Below, one piece after another: positions 8,226 through 15,853 of a DNA stretch of 24,000 nucleotides. The stretch spans positions 162,169-186,168 of the forward strand of contig JABHSG010000001.1 in NCBI GenBank assembly GCA_018697095.1, read 5' to 3'. This DNA is from an archaeon (GTDB lineage Archaea > Nanobdellota > Nanobdellia > Woesearchaeales > GW2011-AR9). Each line of letters starts with the position of its first letter. Positions within the stretch are counted from its first letter, which is position 1. The notes below the pieces were generated by a model. That model was not told where the DNA came from, did not search any database, and was given only the letters and a program-made list of their open reading frames with translations. The position numbers were made by a program, and so were the translations under genes.

Positions 8226-8897
8226 ATGATTAAACCAAACTCACTAAACCTTCCCAAATTTTTCAAACAAAAATATTCCCATTTTGAAAGTTTAACCCCA
8301 ATCCAAGAAAAAACAGTAAACGCTGGACTCCTAAAAGAAAAATCAATTCTTGCTTGCGCTCCAACTGCTTCTGGAAAAACACTTGTTGCAACCATGGCAA
8401 TAGCAAACATCCTAAAACAAAATGAAGAAGAAAGTACAAATCACAAAACAATTTATCTTGTTCCACTAAAAGCCTTAGCTTCTGAAAAATACAAAGAATA
8501 CCAATCACTTTTAACAAATACGCCACACAAAGTTGCTATGGCAACTGGAGACATAGACTCCCCTCAACCATTCCTTGCAAAAGCAGATCTTTTAATCCTT
8601 ACAACTGAAAAACTTGATTCATTAATGCGTCATTCTGTTTCCTGGCTTAAAAATGTAAAAACAGTCGTAATAGACGAGATCCATTTACTTAACGATCCTT
8701 CCCGCGGACCAACACTTGAAATAGTTTTAACAATTCTAAAAGAAAGAATTAAACCCCAACTAATTGGTCTGTCTGCAACTATTGGAAACCCAGAAGTCCT
8801 AGCGTCTTGGCTTGATGCAACACTCGTACAAGATTCCTGGCGGCCAGTAACTCTCAAAAAAGGAACATACATAAACAAAGAATTAAAATTTTATTAA
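8226..8897 (+). CDS. Ski2/Hel308-like superfamily-2 helicase, N-terminal RecA1 (DEAD/DEAH) domain only; truncated or split gene
   Basis: 223 aa. Motifs present are motif I ACAPTASGKT, motif Ib TTEKLDS, motif II VVIDEIHLL and motif III GLSATIGN, followed by SWRPVTLKKG and a stop. No helicase C-terminal (RecA2) domain follows. A convergent gene begins 18 nt after the stop. Confidence 0.7.
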   Translation: MIKPNSLNLPKFFKQKYSHFESLTPIQEKTVNAGLLKEKSILACAPTASGKTLVATMAIANILKQNEEESTNHKTIYLVPLKALASEKYKEYQSLLTNTPHKVAMATGDIDSPQPFLAKADLLILTTEKLDSLMRHSVSWLKNVKTVVIDEIHLLNDPSRGPTLEIVLTILKERIKPQLIGLSATIGNPEVLASWLDATLVQDSWRPVTLKKGTYINKELKFY

Positions 8898-8914
8898 ACT
8901 GTATCTTTTACAAC

Positions 8915-10252
8915 TTATTCATTTTCTTTACCCACCAATTCACACACAATTTCTTTATACATCTCTTCCAAATAATCTTCTTTATATCTAGACGCTAACT
9001 CCCTTCCCTTCTCTAAACTAAACACACCAATTTTAATCAAAAAAGTTACAAATTGAGTTACATTCTGAGGATGATCATCCCTATGGCAACGTTCAAAATC
9101 GATTAGAGTAACACGAACTGAATTATTTTTTCCTTCACCAACAATCACATTGCTATGAGGCCTATGCATTTCTTCTTTACTAACTTTTAATAAATCCATT
9201 TGTCTACACTGTTTCAAAACTTGAAGCATAACACTTCGTCCTTTAGCGCCAAGGGCACCAACCTTCTCTAAATATTTATCCAAGCCCACTCCAGAGATAA
9301 ATTCCAAAACCAAAAATAAATCATGCGAATAATAAAGCCTAGGGCCGATACGTTTTTGATTTAATTCCTTTAACCATTTAGCCTCTTTAAGGAGCGTCCC
9401 AGGAGCATCAGAATCATTGTGCCTTACTTTTATTGCAACATCAATTTCTTTACCACTTGCGATGTGACTTTTAACAAAACTAGATTTATCCCACCTACCT
9501 TTAAACACAAATCCCCGGCTTCCTTTTGCATGATAACGTAAACTTTTAACGCCATGTGAGAAGATACTTTCAAACGCAGAGTTCCTAGTAATCAAATATA
9601 CATAAAGTGTTTCCATCATTCCCGTTTTTTCAAAAGCCAATTCTTCAAATTCAAACAGATTGCGCAAAAGAATTAAATCTATTTTTTTCTTATCAGTAAA
9701 GGACGAGAAAAGAAGCAATATTTTTCCAGAGTTTGCTAAATAATCACTAGATTCATTCAAAAATTTCTCAGTTAATTCAGATCCTTTTTTTCCGCCATAA
9801 AGTGCAGGATCAATAATTTTTTTTCCATTAATATAATCTTGTGGCAAATAAGGAGGATTAAAAATAATTGTATCGAACTTCCCATCATATCCTAAATCTA
9901 ATTCAGAGAATAAATCACTTTGAATAACATTTAATTTCTTCAAGTGTTCTTTTTCCTTACGTGCCTTAACATGAGCAACTGCATTCGGATTAATATCAAC
10001 AGCAAGTACTGACCGAACATTAAAACTTTTAGCTGCCGTACATGCCAAAATTCCAGAACCAGTACCTATCTCTAAAACTCTACCAACTGCATGTTCTCGT
10101 ACAAACCTCTCAAGCAGATAGCTATCTTCAGCAGGTTCATAAATACAAAGTGAACTAAGCTCATTCGTACAAGAGATAGAAGCTTTTTTTGTATCAAAAG
10201 AATCTTCTTGCTTTTTTTGCTTCATATGCACTTTTTCTTGCAAATCACCCAT
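8915..10252 (-). CDS. fusion protein: N-terminal Mtq2/HemK-like NPPY methyltransferase plus C-terminal Bud32/RIO-like small kinase-fold domain
   Basis: 445-aa uninterrupted ORF. The methyltransferase part has IYEPAEDSYLL, motif I VLEIGTGSGILA and motif IV IIFNPPYLP. The kinase-like part has the glycine-rich AKGSRGFVFKG, the VAIK lysine (DVAIKV), the hinge LVLEFISG and the metal-binding LIDFERC. The catalytic loop reads HRPHSNVIV instead of HxDLxxxN. A TATA box lies 26.5 nt upstream of the ATG at 10252. Confidence 0.7.
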   Translation of the reverse strand: MGDLQEKVHMKQKKQEDSFDTKKASISCTNELSSLCIYEPAEDSYLLERFVREHAVGRVLEIGTGSGILACTAAKSFNVRSVLAVDINPNAVAHVKARKEKEHLKKLNVIQSDLFSELDLGYDGKFDTIIFNPPYLPQDYINGKKIIDPALYGGKKGSELTEKFLNESSDYLANSGKILLLFSSFTDKKKIDLILLRNLFEFEELAFEKTGMMETLYVYLITRNSAFESIFSHGVKSLRYHAKGSRGFVFKGRWDKSSFVKSHIASGKEIDVAIKVRHNDSDAPGTLLKEAKWLKELNQKRIGPRLYYSHDLFLVLEFISGVGLDKYLEKVGALGAKGRSVMLQVLKQCRQMDLLKVSKEEMHRPHSNVIVGEGKNNSVRVTLIDFERCHRDDHPQNVTQFVTFLIKIGVFSLEKGRELASRYKEDYLEEMYKEIVCELVGKENE

Positions 10253-10274
10253 AAACTCCTAACAATAAGTAAAT

Positions 10275-10282
10275 TTTATAAA
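10275..10282 (-). promoter_or_regulatory. TATA box (TTTATAAA on the minus strand) for the methyltransferase-kinase gene; leaderless
   Basis: The box centre is 26.5 nt upstream of the ATG at 10252. Confidence 0.5.
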
Positions 10283-10336
10283 GAGTTGCCCTTGGATACA
10301 CTAAATCCAAATAGTTGCATTTTTTATGTAGGCTAA

Positions 10337-10352
10337 GGTTTGCTAGCAAACC
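10337..10352. promoter_or_regulatory. perfect 16-bp palindrome GGTTTGCTAGCAAACC upstream of tRNA-Val
   Basis: The sequence is exactly self-complementary. It lies 36 nt upstream of tRNA position +1 and downstream of a TTTTTATG TATA-like element at 10320..10327. It could be an operator or a pre-tRNA leader hairpin. Confidence 0.35.
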
Positions 10353-10387
10353 GCACGCCTGGAGCACTATCAAATGCTGCTATATTT

Positions 10388-10493
10388 GGACCTGTGGTCT
10401 AGCGGCTATGACAGTGCCCTTACAATTCATTTGCTTTTGCAAATGGTATAGGCTAGGCATTAATCCCCGGTTCGAGTCCGGGCAGGTCCACCA
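10388..10493 (+). tRNA. tRNA-Val (anticodon UAC) with a 30-nt intron at the canonical 37/38 position and an encoded CCA
   Basis: Hand-folded. Acceptor stem GGACCTG/CAGGTCC. D arm GTCT-AGCGGCTA-TGAC. Anticodon stem GTGCC/GGCAT. Anticodon loop CTTACAA. T arm CCCGG-TTCGAGT-CCGGG. Discriminator A, then CCA, then a T8 terminator at 10494..10501. Confidence 0.8.
10425..10454 (+). other. tRNA intron containing a 7-bp hairpin CATTTGC-TTTT-GCAAATG
   Basis: This sequence sits between A37 and A38 and interrupts an otherwise complete cloverleaf. The boundary is ambiguous by 1 nt because both flanking bases are A. I could not confirm a strict bulge-helix-bulge geometry by hand. Confidence 0.7.
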
Positions 10494-10542
10494 TTTTTTT
10501 TATAAAAAAACTAAATAACATGTCTTCAAAAATAAACTGTTT

Positions 10543-10571
10543 GGATTCTAACCTTTTCAAAGGTTAGGTCC
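10543..10571 (+). repeat. hairpin unit A (GGATT-CTAACCT-TTTCAA-AGGTTAG-GTCC)
   Basis: A 7-bp perfect stem (10548..10554 / 10561..10567) that is extendable. It is paralogous to unit C at 10626..10655. Confidence 0.5.
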
Positions 10572-10574
10572 GCT

Positions 10575-10592
10575 GGCAGGTCCACCATTTTT
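10575..10592 (+). repeat. direct repeat of the tRNA-Val 3' end (GGCAGGTCCACCATTTTT)
   Basis: 18/18 identity with 10481..10498. The match extends to GTCCG on the left if a 2-nt CT insertion is allowed. Confidence 0.8.
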
Positions 10593-10625
10593 CTTATTTT
10601 AGTGCTACCAAAGGTGCACTTCTTT

Positions 10626-10667
10626 GAATTCTAAGCTTTGTAAAGCTTAGGACCCACTATTTTTTTC
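10626..10667 (+). repeat. hairpin unit C (GAATT-CTAAGCT-TTGTAA-AGCTTAG-GACC) followed by CACTA and a T7 run
   Basis: A 7-bp perfect stem (10631..10637 / 10644..10650). It differs from unit A by a C-G to G-C swap at the fifth base pair. The T-run at 10660..10666 looks like a terminator. Confidence 0.5.
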
Positions 10668-10705
10668 TTCCTACATTTTTAAACAAAATTTTGTGAAAAG
10701 GAATC

Positions 10706-10713
10706 TTTTAAAA
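10706..10713 (+). promoter_or_regulatory. TATA-like box TTTTAAAA for scpA
   Basis: The box centre is ~30 nt upstream of the ATG at 10740, implying a leaderless or very short leader. Confidence 0.35.
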
Positions 10714-10739
10714 GTCAAAACTTTAACTCTAAGAACATA

Positions 10740-11642
10740 ATGCAAAAGCACATTGAAAAAATCATTCTAGAAGGAGATGAAATCTCTTGGAAAGATATCC
10801 TTCAAAACTTAGTAAAATCAGAAGAGATGGATCCTTGGGACATTGATTTAACATTACTTACCCAAAAATTCATCCACTTAATCTCAAAAATGCAAGAAGC
10901 AGACCTCAGAATCTCTGGAAAAATGTGTCTTGCTGCTGCAATGCTTTTAAAATTAAAAACTAAACATTTGCTTGAACATGACATCGCAAAACTTGATGAA
11001 CTTTTAAGTCAAAGTGAAGACGATGAATACTACGATGAGATGGGGGAATGGGACGAAGAAACAAGAAGAACTCAAAGACAAAAAGAAAAATTACCTCTTG
11101 TTCCAAGAAATCCTCAACCTCGTTCACGTAAAGTTTCTATCCATGATCTTGTAGATGCCCTGCAAAAAGCAATGGCTACCCGAAGAAAAAAATTAGAACG
11201 TGATAAACCAGCAATCGCAGCTTATGAATTAATGCCAGATAGCCATATCAACGCACTTGAATTAGTGATCGAACTTTACAATAAGATTACGTACTATTCA
11301 AAAAAGAAAAATAAAGAAGAATTATCTTTTAAGGAACTTTTACCTCCTAAAGCAAAAAAACAAGATAAGGCATTTACATTCATTCCACTTCTGCAACTTG
11401 AAAACGAAAAAAGAATTATCACTAAACAAGCAAAACCCTTTGATGAAGTATATGTTGCATTGCGCACAAAAAAACAAGAGGCAATTCTTAAGAAAAAAAT
11501 CAAAAAAATTGAAGAGCAAGAAGCAGAAGAAATCAAAAGAAAATCCTCTAGAAAAAAATCAAAAAAAGGATCCAAAAAGCTAGAAGAAAAAAATTCTAAT
11601 TCCAAAAGTTCTAAAAAGACAAAGCAAAACAATAAGTCATGA
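10740..11642 (+). CDS. scpA: segregation and condensation protein A (kleisin) with a long lysine-rich C-terminal tail
   Basis: 300 aa. The N-terminal ScpA signature is EEMDPWDIDLTLLTQKFIHLI...ADLRISGKMCLAAAMLLKLK. A C-terminal winged-helix-like block (FTFIPLLQLENEKRII) is followed by a ~60-aa K/E/S-rich low-complexity tail. Confidence 0.75.
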   Translation: MQKHIEKIILEGDEISWKDILQNLVKSEEMDPWDIDLTLLTQKFIHLISKMQEADLRISGKMCLAAAMLLKLKTKHLLEHDIAKLDELLSQSEDDEYYDEMGEWDEETRRTQRQKEKLPLVPRNPQPRSRKVSIHDLVDALQKAMATRRKKLERDKPAIAAYELMPDSHINALELVIELYNKITYYSKKKNKEELSFKELLPPKAKKQDKAFTFIPLLQLENEKRIITKQAKPFDEVYVALRTKKQEAILKKKIKKIEEQEAEEIKRKSSRKKSKKGSKKLEEKNSNSKSSKKTKQNNKS

Positions 11643-12469
11643 ATTTAGACTTAAGCAAAGCGCTCGAAATCGCAAAATCTGCTTCCTTGCAAGCTGGATT
11701 AGAAGCACTCAAAATTTACTACTCTGGTGAAGACTCCAAAATAGAAGATAAATCAGATGGATCTCCACTCTCAAAAGCTGACCTTAAAGCTAATGAAATC
11801 ATCACACAAATTATTAGAGAAACTTTCCCTAATCACGCAATTCTAAGCGAAGAAGAAGTAGATGACAAAAAACGTTTTTTAGCAAAATATGTCTGGATAA
11901 TAGATCCAATTGATGGAACAAAAGAATTTTTGGATAAAACTGGAGAATTTACAATTAATATAGCTCTCGTTGAAACAGCCACCAAAAGGCCAATAATTGC
12001 AGCAATCTATATCCCTGTAAAAAAAGAATTATACTTTGCTCAATATAACAATGGTGCATTTTTAGAATCCAAAGATGAACAAAACAAAACAATAAAAACA
12101 AAACTTCAAGTATCAAGTACAAACAAACTTGAAAATATGACTCTTGCCAAAAGTGCTAGAAACTCAAGACCACTTCTTGAAAAGTTTATCAAAAGATATC
12201 CTCCTAAAACTACTAAGTCTCTTGGTAGTACGCTTAAGGCGTGTGCTATCGCAAAAGGGACAATAGATGTATACCTTCGAGTTTGCCCGTATAGTGAATG
12301 GGATTGCTGCGCAATGGACCTAATTGTAAATGAAGCTGGCGGAAAAGTCACTCTGTTAAATGGAAAAATAATTGAATATAACCAAGAAGATGTTGAAGTA
12401 CCAGGGCTTTTATGTTCAAATAACCAAATCCATAACGAAATTCTTCAAAAACTAATTTCTTTAAAGTAA
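11639..12469 (+). CDS. cysQ: inositol-monophosphatase-family phosphatase, CysQ-like 3'(2'),5'-bisphosphate nucleotidase
   Basis: 276 aa. Motifs present are ILSEE, WIIDPIDGTKEF and EWDCCAMDLIVNEAGG. The ATGA start/stop overlap with scpA suggests translational coupling. Confidence 0.7.
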   Translation: MNLDLSKALEIAKSASLQAGLEALKIYYSGEDSKIEDKSDGSPLSKADLKANEIITQIIRETFPNHAILSEEEVDDKKRFLAKYVWIIDPIDGTKEFLDKTGEFTINIALVETATKRPIIAAIYIPVKKELYFAQYNNGAFLESKDEQNKTIKTKLQVSSTNKLENMTLAKSARNSRPLLEKFIKRYPPKTTKSLGSTLKACAIAKGTIDVYLRVCPYSEWDCCAMDLIVNEAGGKVTLLNGKIIEYNQEDVEVPGLLCSNNQIHNEILQKLISLK

Positions 12470-12569
12470 ATTTTTAATTCGCTGCTTAAATCCCAAAATA
12501 ATATGACTATTCTTACAATAACTATAAAAAGAACCAATCCAAAAAACAAATTCATAATTTAATACTAAA

Positions 12570-14444
12570 ATGAAATCAACAAAAGACATCAAAATTCCTA
12601 AAAAATTGATCACTCAAGTAATTGGTCAAGAAGACGCTATTGAAGTTATCAAAAAAGCAGCGCTTCAACGCCGCCATGTGCTTCTAATTGGAGAACCAGG
12701 TGTTGGAAAATCCATGCTTGGAATAGCTTTAAGTGAATTACTTCCAAAATCAGAATTAAAAGACATTCTTTCTTATCCAAATCCAGATGATGAAAACGAA
12801 CCACTAATTAGAGAACTTCCAGCAGGTGAAGGAAAACCCACTATTCAAAGAGCAGCTTTAGATGGAAAACAAGTTTTCAAAAATACTAGATTCTTAATGT
12901 TTATACTTGCAATTGTAGTAATGATTGCACCGTGGTGGGCTAGGTCTCACTACGGCTCAGACATTATGTTCGCTGCATTTTTTCTTGGTGGAATGATGTT
13001 TCTAGTAGCTTTCGCTCTTATGATGGGAATTGGCCCACGCGCTTTTGGAGGGTCCGCAGGAGTAATTTTACCAAAAGTAATCGTTGGACTTAGTAAAAAA
13101 GACAAACCAGCATTTTTTGATGCAACTGGAGCACACGCAGGCGCACTCCTTGGAGATGTACTTCACGACCCACTACAATCAGGTGGACTTGGAACTCCCG
13201 CTAACCAACGTGTCGTTGCAGGAATGATCCATAAGGCAAACAAGGGTGTTCTTTTTATTGATGAGATCGCTACATTAGGACTTCGGACTCAACAAGAACT
13301 ACTCTCAGCAATCCAAGAAAAAAAGTTCCCAATTACTGGTCAATCCGAACGCAGTAGTGGAGCTATGGTTCGTACTGAAGCTGTTCCTTGCGATTTTATT
13401 CTAATTGCAGCAGGGAACTTAGAAACTGTTCAAAAAATGCACCCAGCATTAAGATCCCGTATTCGTGGTTATGGTTATGAAATTTATATGAAAGAAACTA
13501 TGCCTGATACTAAAGAGAATAGGTTAAAGTTAGCAAGGTTCGTGGCGCAAGAAGTTAACAAAGAAAACAAACTAGAAAAAAATAAAATTCCTCATTTCGC
13601 AGTTGACGCAATCAATGAGATCATCAAAGAAGCCCGGCGTAGAGCTAGCCGTAAAAACGCATTAACACTTAGACTACGTGGCCTAGGTGGACTAGTACGC
13701 GCAGCTGGCGACTTAGCAAAAGAACAAAAAGCAGAATATGTAAGGCGCGAACATGTAATTGGTGCACGCAGATTCGCTAGGCCACTTGAACAACAAATGG
13801 CTGACCAATACATTGAACGTAAAAAAGAATACGAAGTCATTAGAACTACTGGCAGCGAGATAGGACGTGTTAACGGTCTTGCGGTAATTGGTTCAGGTGA
13901 AAGTTATTCGGGCGTACTACTTCCAATAGAAGCAGAGGTGGCTAAATCAAATGGCAAATCCCCAGAACAAATTATCGCAACAGGTAAGCTTGGAGAAATA
14001 GCAAAAGAAGCAATCACAAACGTTACCGCAATTGTTAAACATCTCTTTGGTGAAGATCTTAAACAAAGTAGTATCTTCGTTCAATTCCTACAAACCTATG
14101 AAGGAGTTGAAGGAGACAGTGCAAGTATCGCTGTAGCTACTTCAATCATTTCTGCGCTTAAAGAAATTCCAATCAGACAAGACACTGCTATGACTGGGTC
14201 ACTTTCAGTACGTGGAGAAGTACTTCCAATTGGTGGAGTTAGTTACAAAATAGAAGCCGCAATTGATAGTGGCGTTAAACAAATAATTGTTCCTAAAAGT
14301 AACATGCAAGACATTGTAATTAGTGAAGACAAATTAAAATCTGTTAAAATTATTCCAGTAAAAGATATCACTGAGGTTTTGCAGCACGCTCTTGATTGGA
14401 AGGGGAAAAAAAATCTAAAAAATCAGCTACTGAAGCAGAAATAA
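12570..14444 (+). CDS. lonB: archaeal membrane-anchored Lon protease (LonB)
   Basis: 624 aa. Walker A is GEPGVGKS and Walker B is VLFIDEI. Two hydrophobic helices are inserted in the AAA+ module ([16 protein letters not shown]..., [18 protein letters not shown]). The protease domain has the catalytic Ser in EGDSASIA and the Lys in [10 protein letters not shown]. Confidence 0.9.
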   Translation: MKSTKDIKIPKKLITQVIGQEDAIEVIKKAALQRRHVLLIGEPGVGKSMLGIALSELLPKSELKDILSYPNPDDENEPLIRELPAGEGKPTIQRAALDGKQVFKNTRFLMFILAIVVMIAPWWARSHYGSDIMFAAFFLGGMMFLVAFALMMGIGPRAFGGSAGVILPKVIVGLSKKDKPAFFDATGAHAGALLGDVLHDPLQSGGLGTPANQRVVAGMIHKANKGVLFIDEIATLGLRTQQELLSAIQEKKFPITGQSERSSGAMVRTEAVPCDFILIAAGNLETVQKMHPALRSRIRGYGYEIYMKETMPDTKENRLKLARFVAQEVNKENKLEKNKIPHFAVDAINEIIKEARRRASRKNALTLRLRGLGGLVRAAGDLAKEQKAEYVRREHVIGARRFARPLEQQMADQYIERKKEYEVIRTTGSEIGRVNGLAVIGSGESYSGVLLPIEAEVAKSNGKSPEQIIATGKLGEIAKEAITNVTAIVKHLFGEDLKQSSIFVQFLQTYEGVEGDSASIAVATSIISALKEIPIRQDTAMTGSLSVRGEVLPIGGVSYKIEAAIDSGVKQIIVPKSNMQDIVISEDKLKSVKIIPVKDITEVLQHALDWKGKKNLKNQLLKQK

Positions 14445-15303
14445 ATGTTCTTAAATTACCAAAAACTTCTTTTGCTGGCGATTGTCTTAATCTCGAAGCT
14501 GCAGCTGTTCTCCTTTCAATTTGATCTGCTTGTTCTAATAAATCAACATAAGGTTGGAAAAAAACACTAGGTTCAAAAACCCTAAGAGAATCACAAACAT
14601 ATATCTTTCTATCAAATAAAGTTTGAGCCTCTCCTTGATCACCATCAACCAACTCATATAAGTTCATCATTCGTCCAAAAAGCCGAGGAGACCGAACCCT
14701 ACCTTCTAATAAGTAATCCCTAAATTTTCCAAGTTCACCACCATTTTCAAAACTAGAATCTCTTTCACTTGAATGAACATAACTATAAATTTCATGATAC
14801 ATTCTATTAAATTGACCAATAGGTTCCTGATGCCTCTCAAGCAAAGACCTTTCTGCAATAACTAAACCAACCATTGAATTAAATAACCCTTCATACCCTG
14901 GCAATTCTGAAACAAATGAATAAAATTGACTTGAATCTCTTTGAATTTTTTTATTTAAAGCAATTATCCCGTCATCACCAAGTTCAGACAAACCACCAAT
15001 AATCATTTCTTCTAATTGATCATCTAATTCCCGGTGTGATCTTCTAAAATTTTCCAAATCTGCTAAATCGCTTGCAACTCCAGTGTAAATTGCAAGCATT
15101 CTTTCTCCCATCTGCCTAAATGTTTCTTCTCCTGAAACCTCAGACAAACGATCACAAATCAAACCCAAATTTTCTCCTGGATGATCTGAAAAAAGAGTAT
15201 CTACCCCCAAATCAAGATTTGAAGCAGCATATCTGTCCCCAAAAAAGAAATAACCGGCCTCATGAGGGAATTTAAATAGATCGGGAGTAAAATATGTCAT
15301 CAT
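14368..15303 (-). CDS. hypothetical protein (orphan, no recognisable motifs)
   Basis: The ORF track gives 14368..15321. I prefer the ATG at 15303 because the minus-strand TATA TTTATATA (15328..15335) is only ~10 nt from 15321 but ~28 nt from 15303. A long ORF in an AT-rich genome is unlikely to arise by chance. Its 3' end overlaps the lonB 3' end by 77 nt in convergent orientation. Confidence 0.55.
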   Translation of the reverse strand: MMTYFTPDLFKFPHEAGYFFFGDRYAASNLDLGVDTLFSDHPGENLGLICDRLSEVSGEETFRQMGERMLAIYTGVASDLADLENFRRSHRELDDQLEEMIIGGLSELGDDGIIALNKKIQRDSSQFYSFVSELPGYEGLFNSMVGLVIAERSLLERHQEPIGQFNRMYHEIYSYVHSSERDSSFENGGELGKFRDYLLEGRVRSPRLFGRMMNLYELVDGDQGEAQTLFDRKIYVCDSLRVFEPSVFFQPYVDLLEQADQIERRTAAASRLRQSPAKEVFGNLRTFISASVADFLDFFSPSNQERAAKPQ

Positions 15304-15327
15304 TAACCAAAAGAAAAGCATAATAAG

Positions 15328-15335
15328 TATATAAA
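15328..15335 (-). promoter_or_regulatory. TATA box (TTTATATA on the minus strand) for the orphan gene
   Basis: It has the consensus archaeal TATA sequence. Its spacing fits a leaderless ATG at 15303. Confidence 0.45.
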
Positions 15336-15434
15336 GGCTATGAAATATAATACTAGTATACTAATTAGTGACATCTAGTAGACTATGGCTTACAATAATC
15401 ATATTATTATAACTATTAAATTCAAAGAGGAAAC

Positions 15435-15442
15435 TTTATAAA
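15435..15442 (+). promoter_or_regulatory. TATA box TTTATAAA with a purine-rich BRE-like AAGAGGAAA upstream, for rps8e; leaderless
   Basis: The box centre is 27.5 nt upstream of the ATG at 15466. Confidence 0.55.
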
Positions 15443-15465
15443 CAAGACATTGTCCTAGCTCACAT

Positions 15466-15843
15466 ATGGCAAATTCAATGCATAGAGCAAACCGAAAACC
15501 TTCAGGTGGAAGGTTCGTAGATGCGCGTAAAAAGCGTAAAAAAGAACTAGTTAGGTTCCCAGCAATGACTAAAGTTGCAGAAGAAACTAGAGCAAAAGTA
15601 ATCCGTGTAGCTGGTGGAAACAAAAAACGTGTTCTTTTAGCAGGAAATCAAGTTAACGTTATCAAAAAAGATGGTAAAGCAGAAAAAACAGTTATCAAAA
15701 CTGTTCTTGAAAACACTGCAAACCCAAACCTTGTTCGTCGTAACATCTTAACTAAAGGAGCAGTTGTAGAAACTACCCTTGGTAAAGTTAAAATTACCTC
15801 ACGTCCAGGCCATGATGGTTGCCTTAACGGAGTACAAATTTAA
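15466..15843 (+). CDS. rps8e: 30S ribosomal protein S8e
   Basis: 125 aa. The N-terminal signature is RKPSGGRF...ARKKRKKE, and the C-terminal part is TSRPGHDGCLNGV-like. Confidence 0.9.
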   Translation: MANSMHRANRKPSGGRFVDARKKRKKELVRFPAMTKVAEETRAKVIRVAGGNKKRVLLAGNQVNVIKKDGKAEKTVIKTVLENTANPNLVRRNILTKGAVVETTLGKVKITSRPGHDGCLNGVQI

Positions 15844-15853
15844 TTAATTCCTA

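Noticed and set aside
7841-8410. Minus-strand ORFs 7841..8047, 7971..8171 and 8201..8410 in and around the S-layer/helicase intergenic region
   Set aside because: They have no TATA or SD in the proper position and implausible sequences. They overlap the S-layer leader or the helicase 5' end. Only the last 12 codons of 7841..8047 are kept, as a speculative uORF note.
8263-8878. Minus-strand ORFs 8263..8526 and 8630..8878
   Set aside because: They are antisense to the motif-supported helicase N-domain.
10315-10518. 67-aa plus-strand ORF
   Set aside because: It runs straight through the tRNA-Val gene and its intron. The tRNA fold explains the sequence.
10543-10592. Possibility that hairpin A plus the CAGGTCCACCA end is the 3' half of a Nanoarchaeum-style split tRNA
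   Set aside because: There is no T arm (no GTTCRANYC-like loop or 5-bp T stem) directly 5' of the acceptor strand, no anticodon-stem half, and no complementary leader. It matches only the last ~23 nt of tRNA-Val.
10388-10740. Integrated mobile element bounded by tRNA 3'-end direct repeats
   Set aside because: The two repeat copies are only 76 nt apart, with no integrase or any ORF between them. At most this is a scar, not a resident element.
10802-11632. ORFs 10802..10984(-), 11294..11632(-) and 11398..11583(+) within scpA
   Set aside because: They are alternative frames of the A/G-rich, lysine-coding scpA sequence and have low-complexity translations.
12106-12351. 81-aa minus-strand ORF in the cysQ-like gene
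   Set aside because: It is antisense to a CDS with clear IMPase-family motifs.
13592-13840. 82-aa minus-strand ORF inside lonB
   Set aside because: It lies in the locally G+C-rich (Arg/Ala/Gly-coding) part of lonB, where antisense frames stay open by chance.
15399-15623. 74-aa minus-strand ORF overlapping the rps8e promoter and 5' half
   Set aside because: It is antisense to the highly conserved S8e gene.
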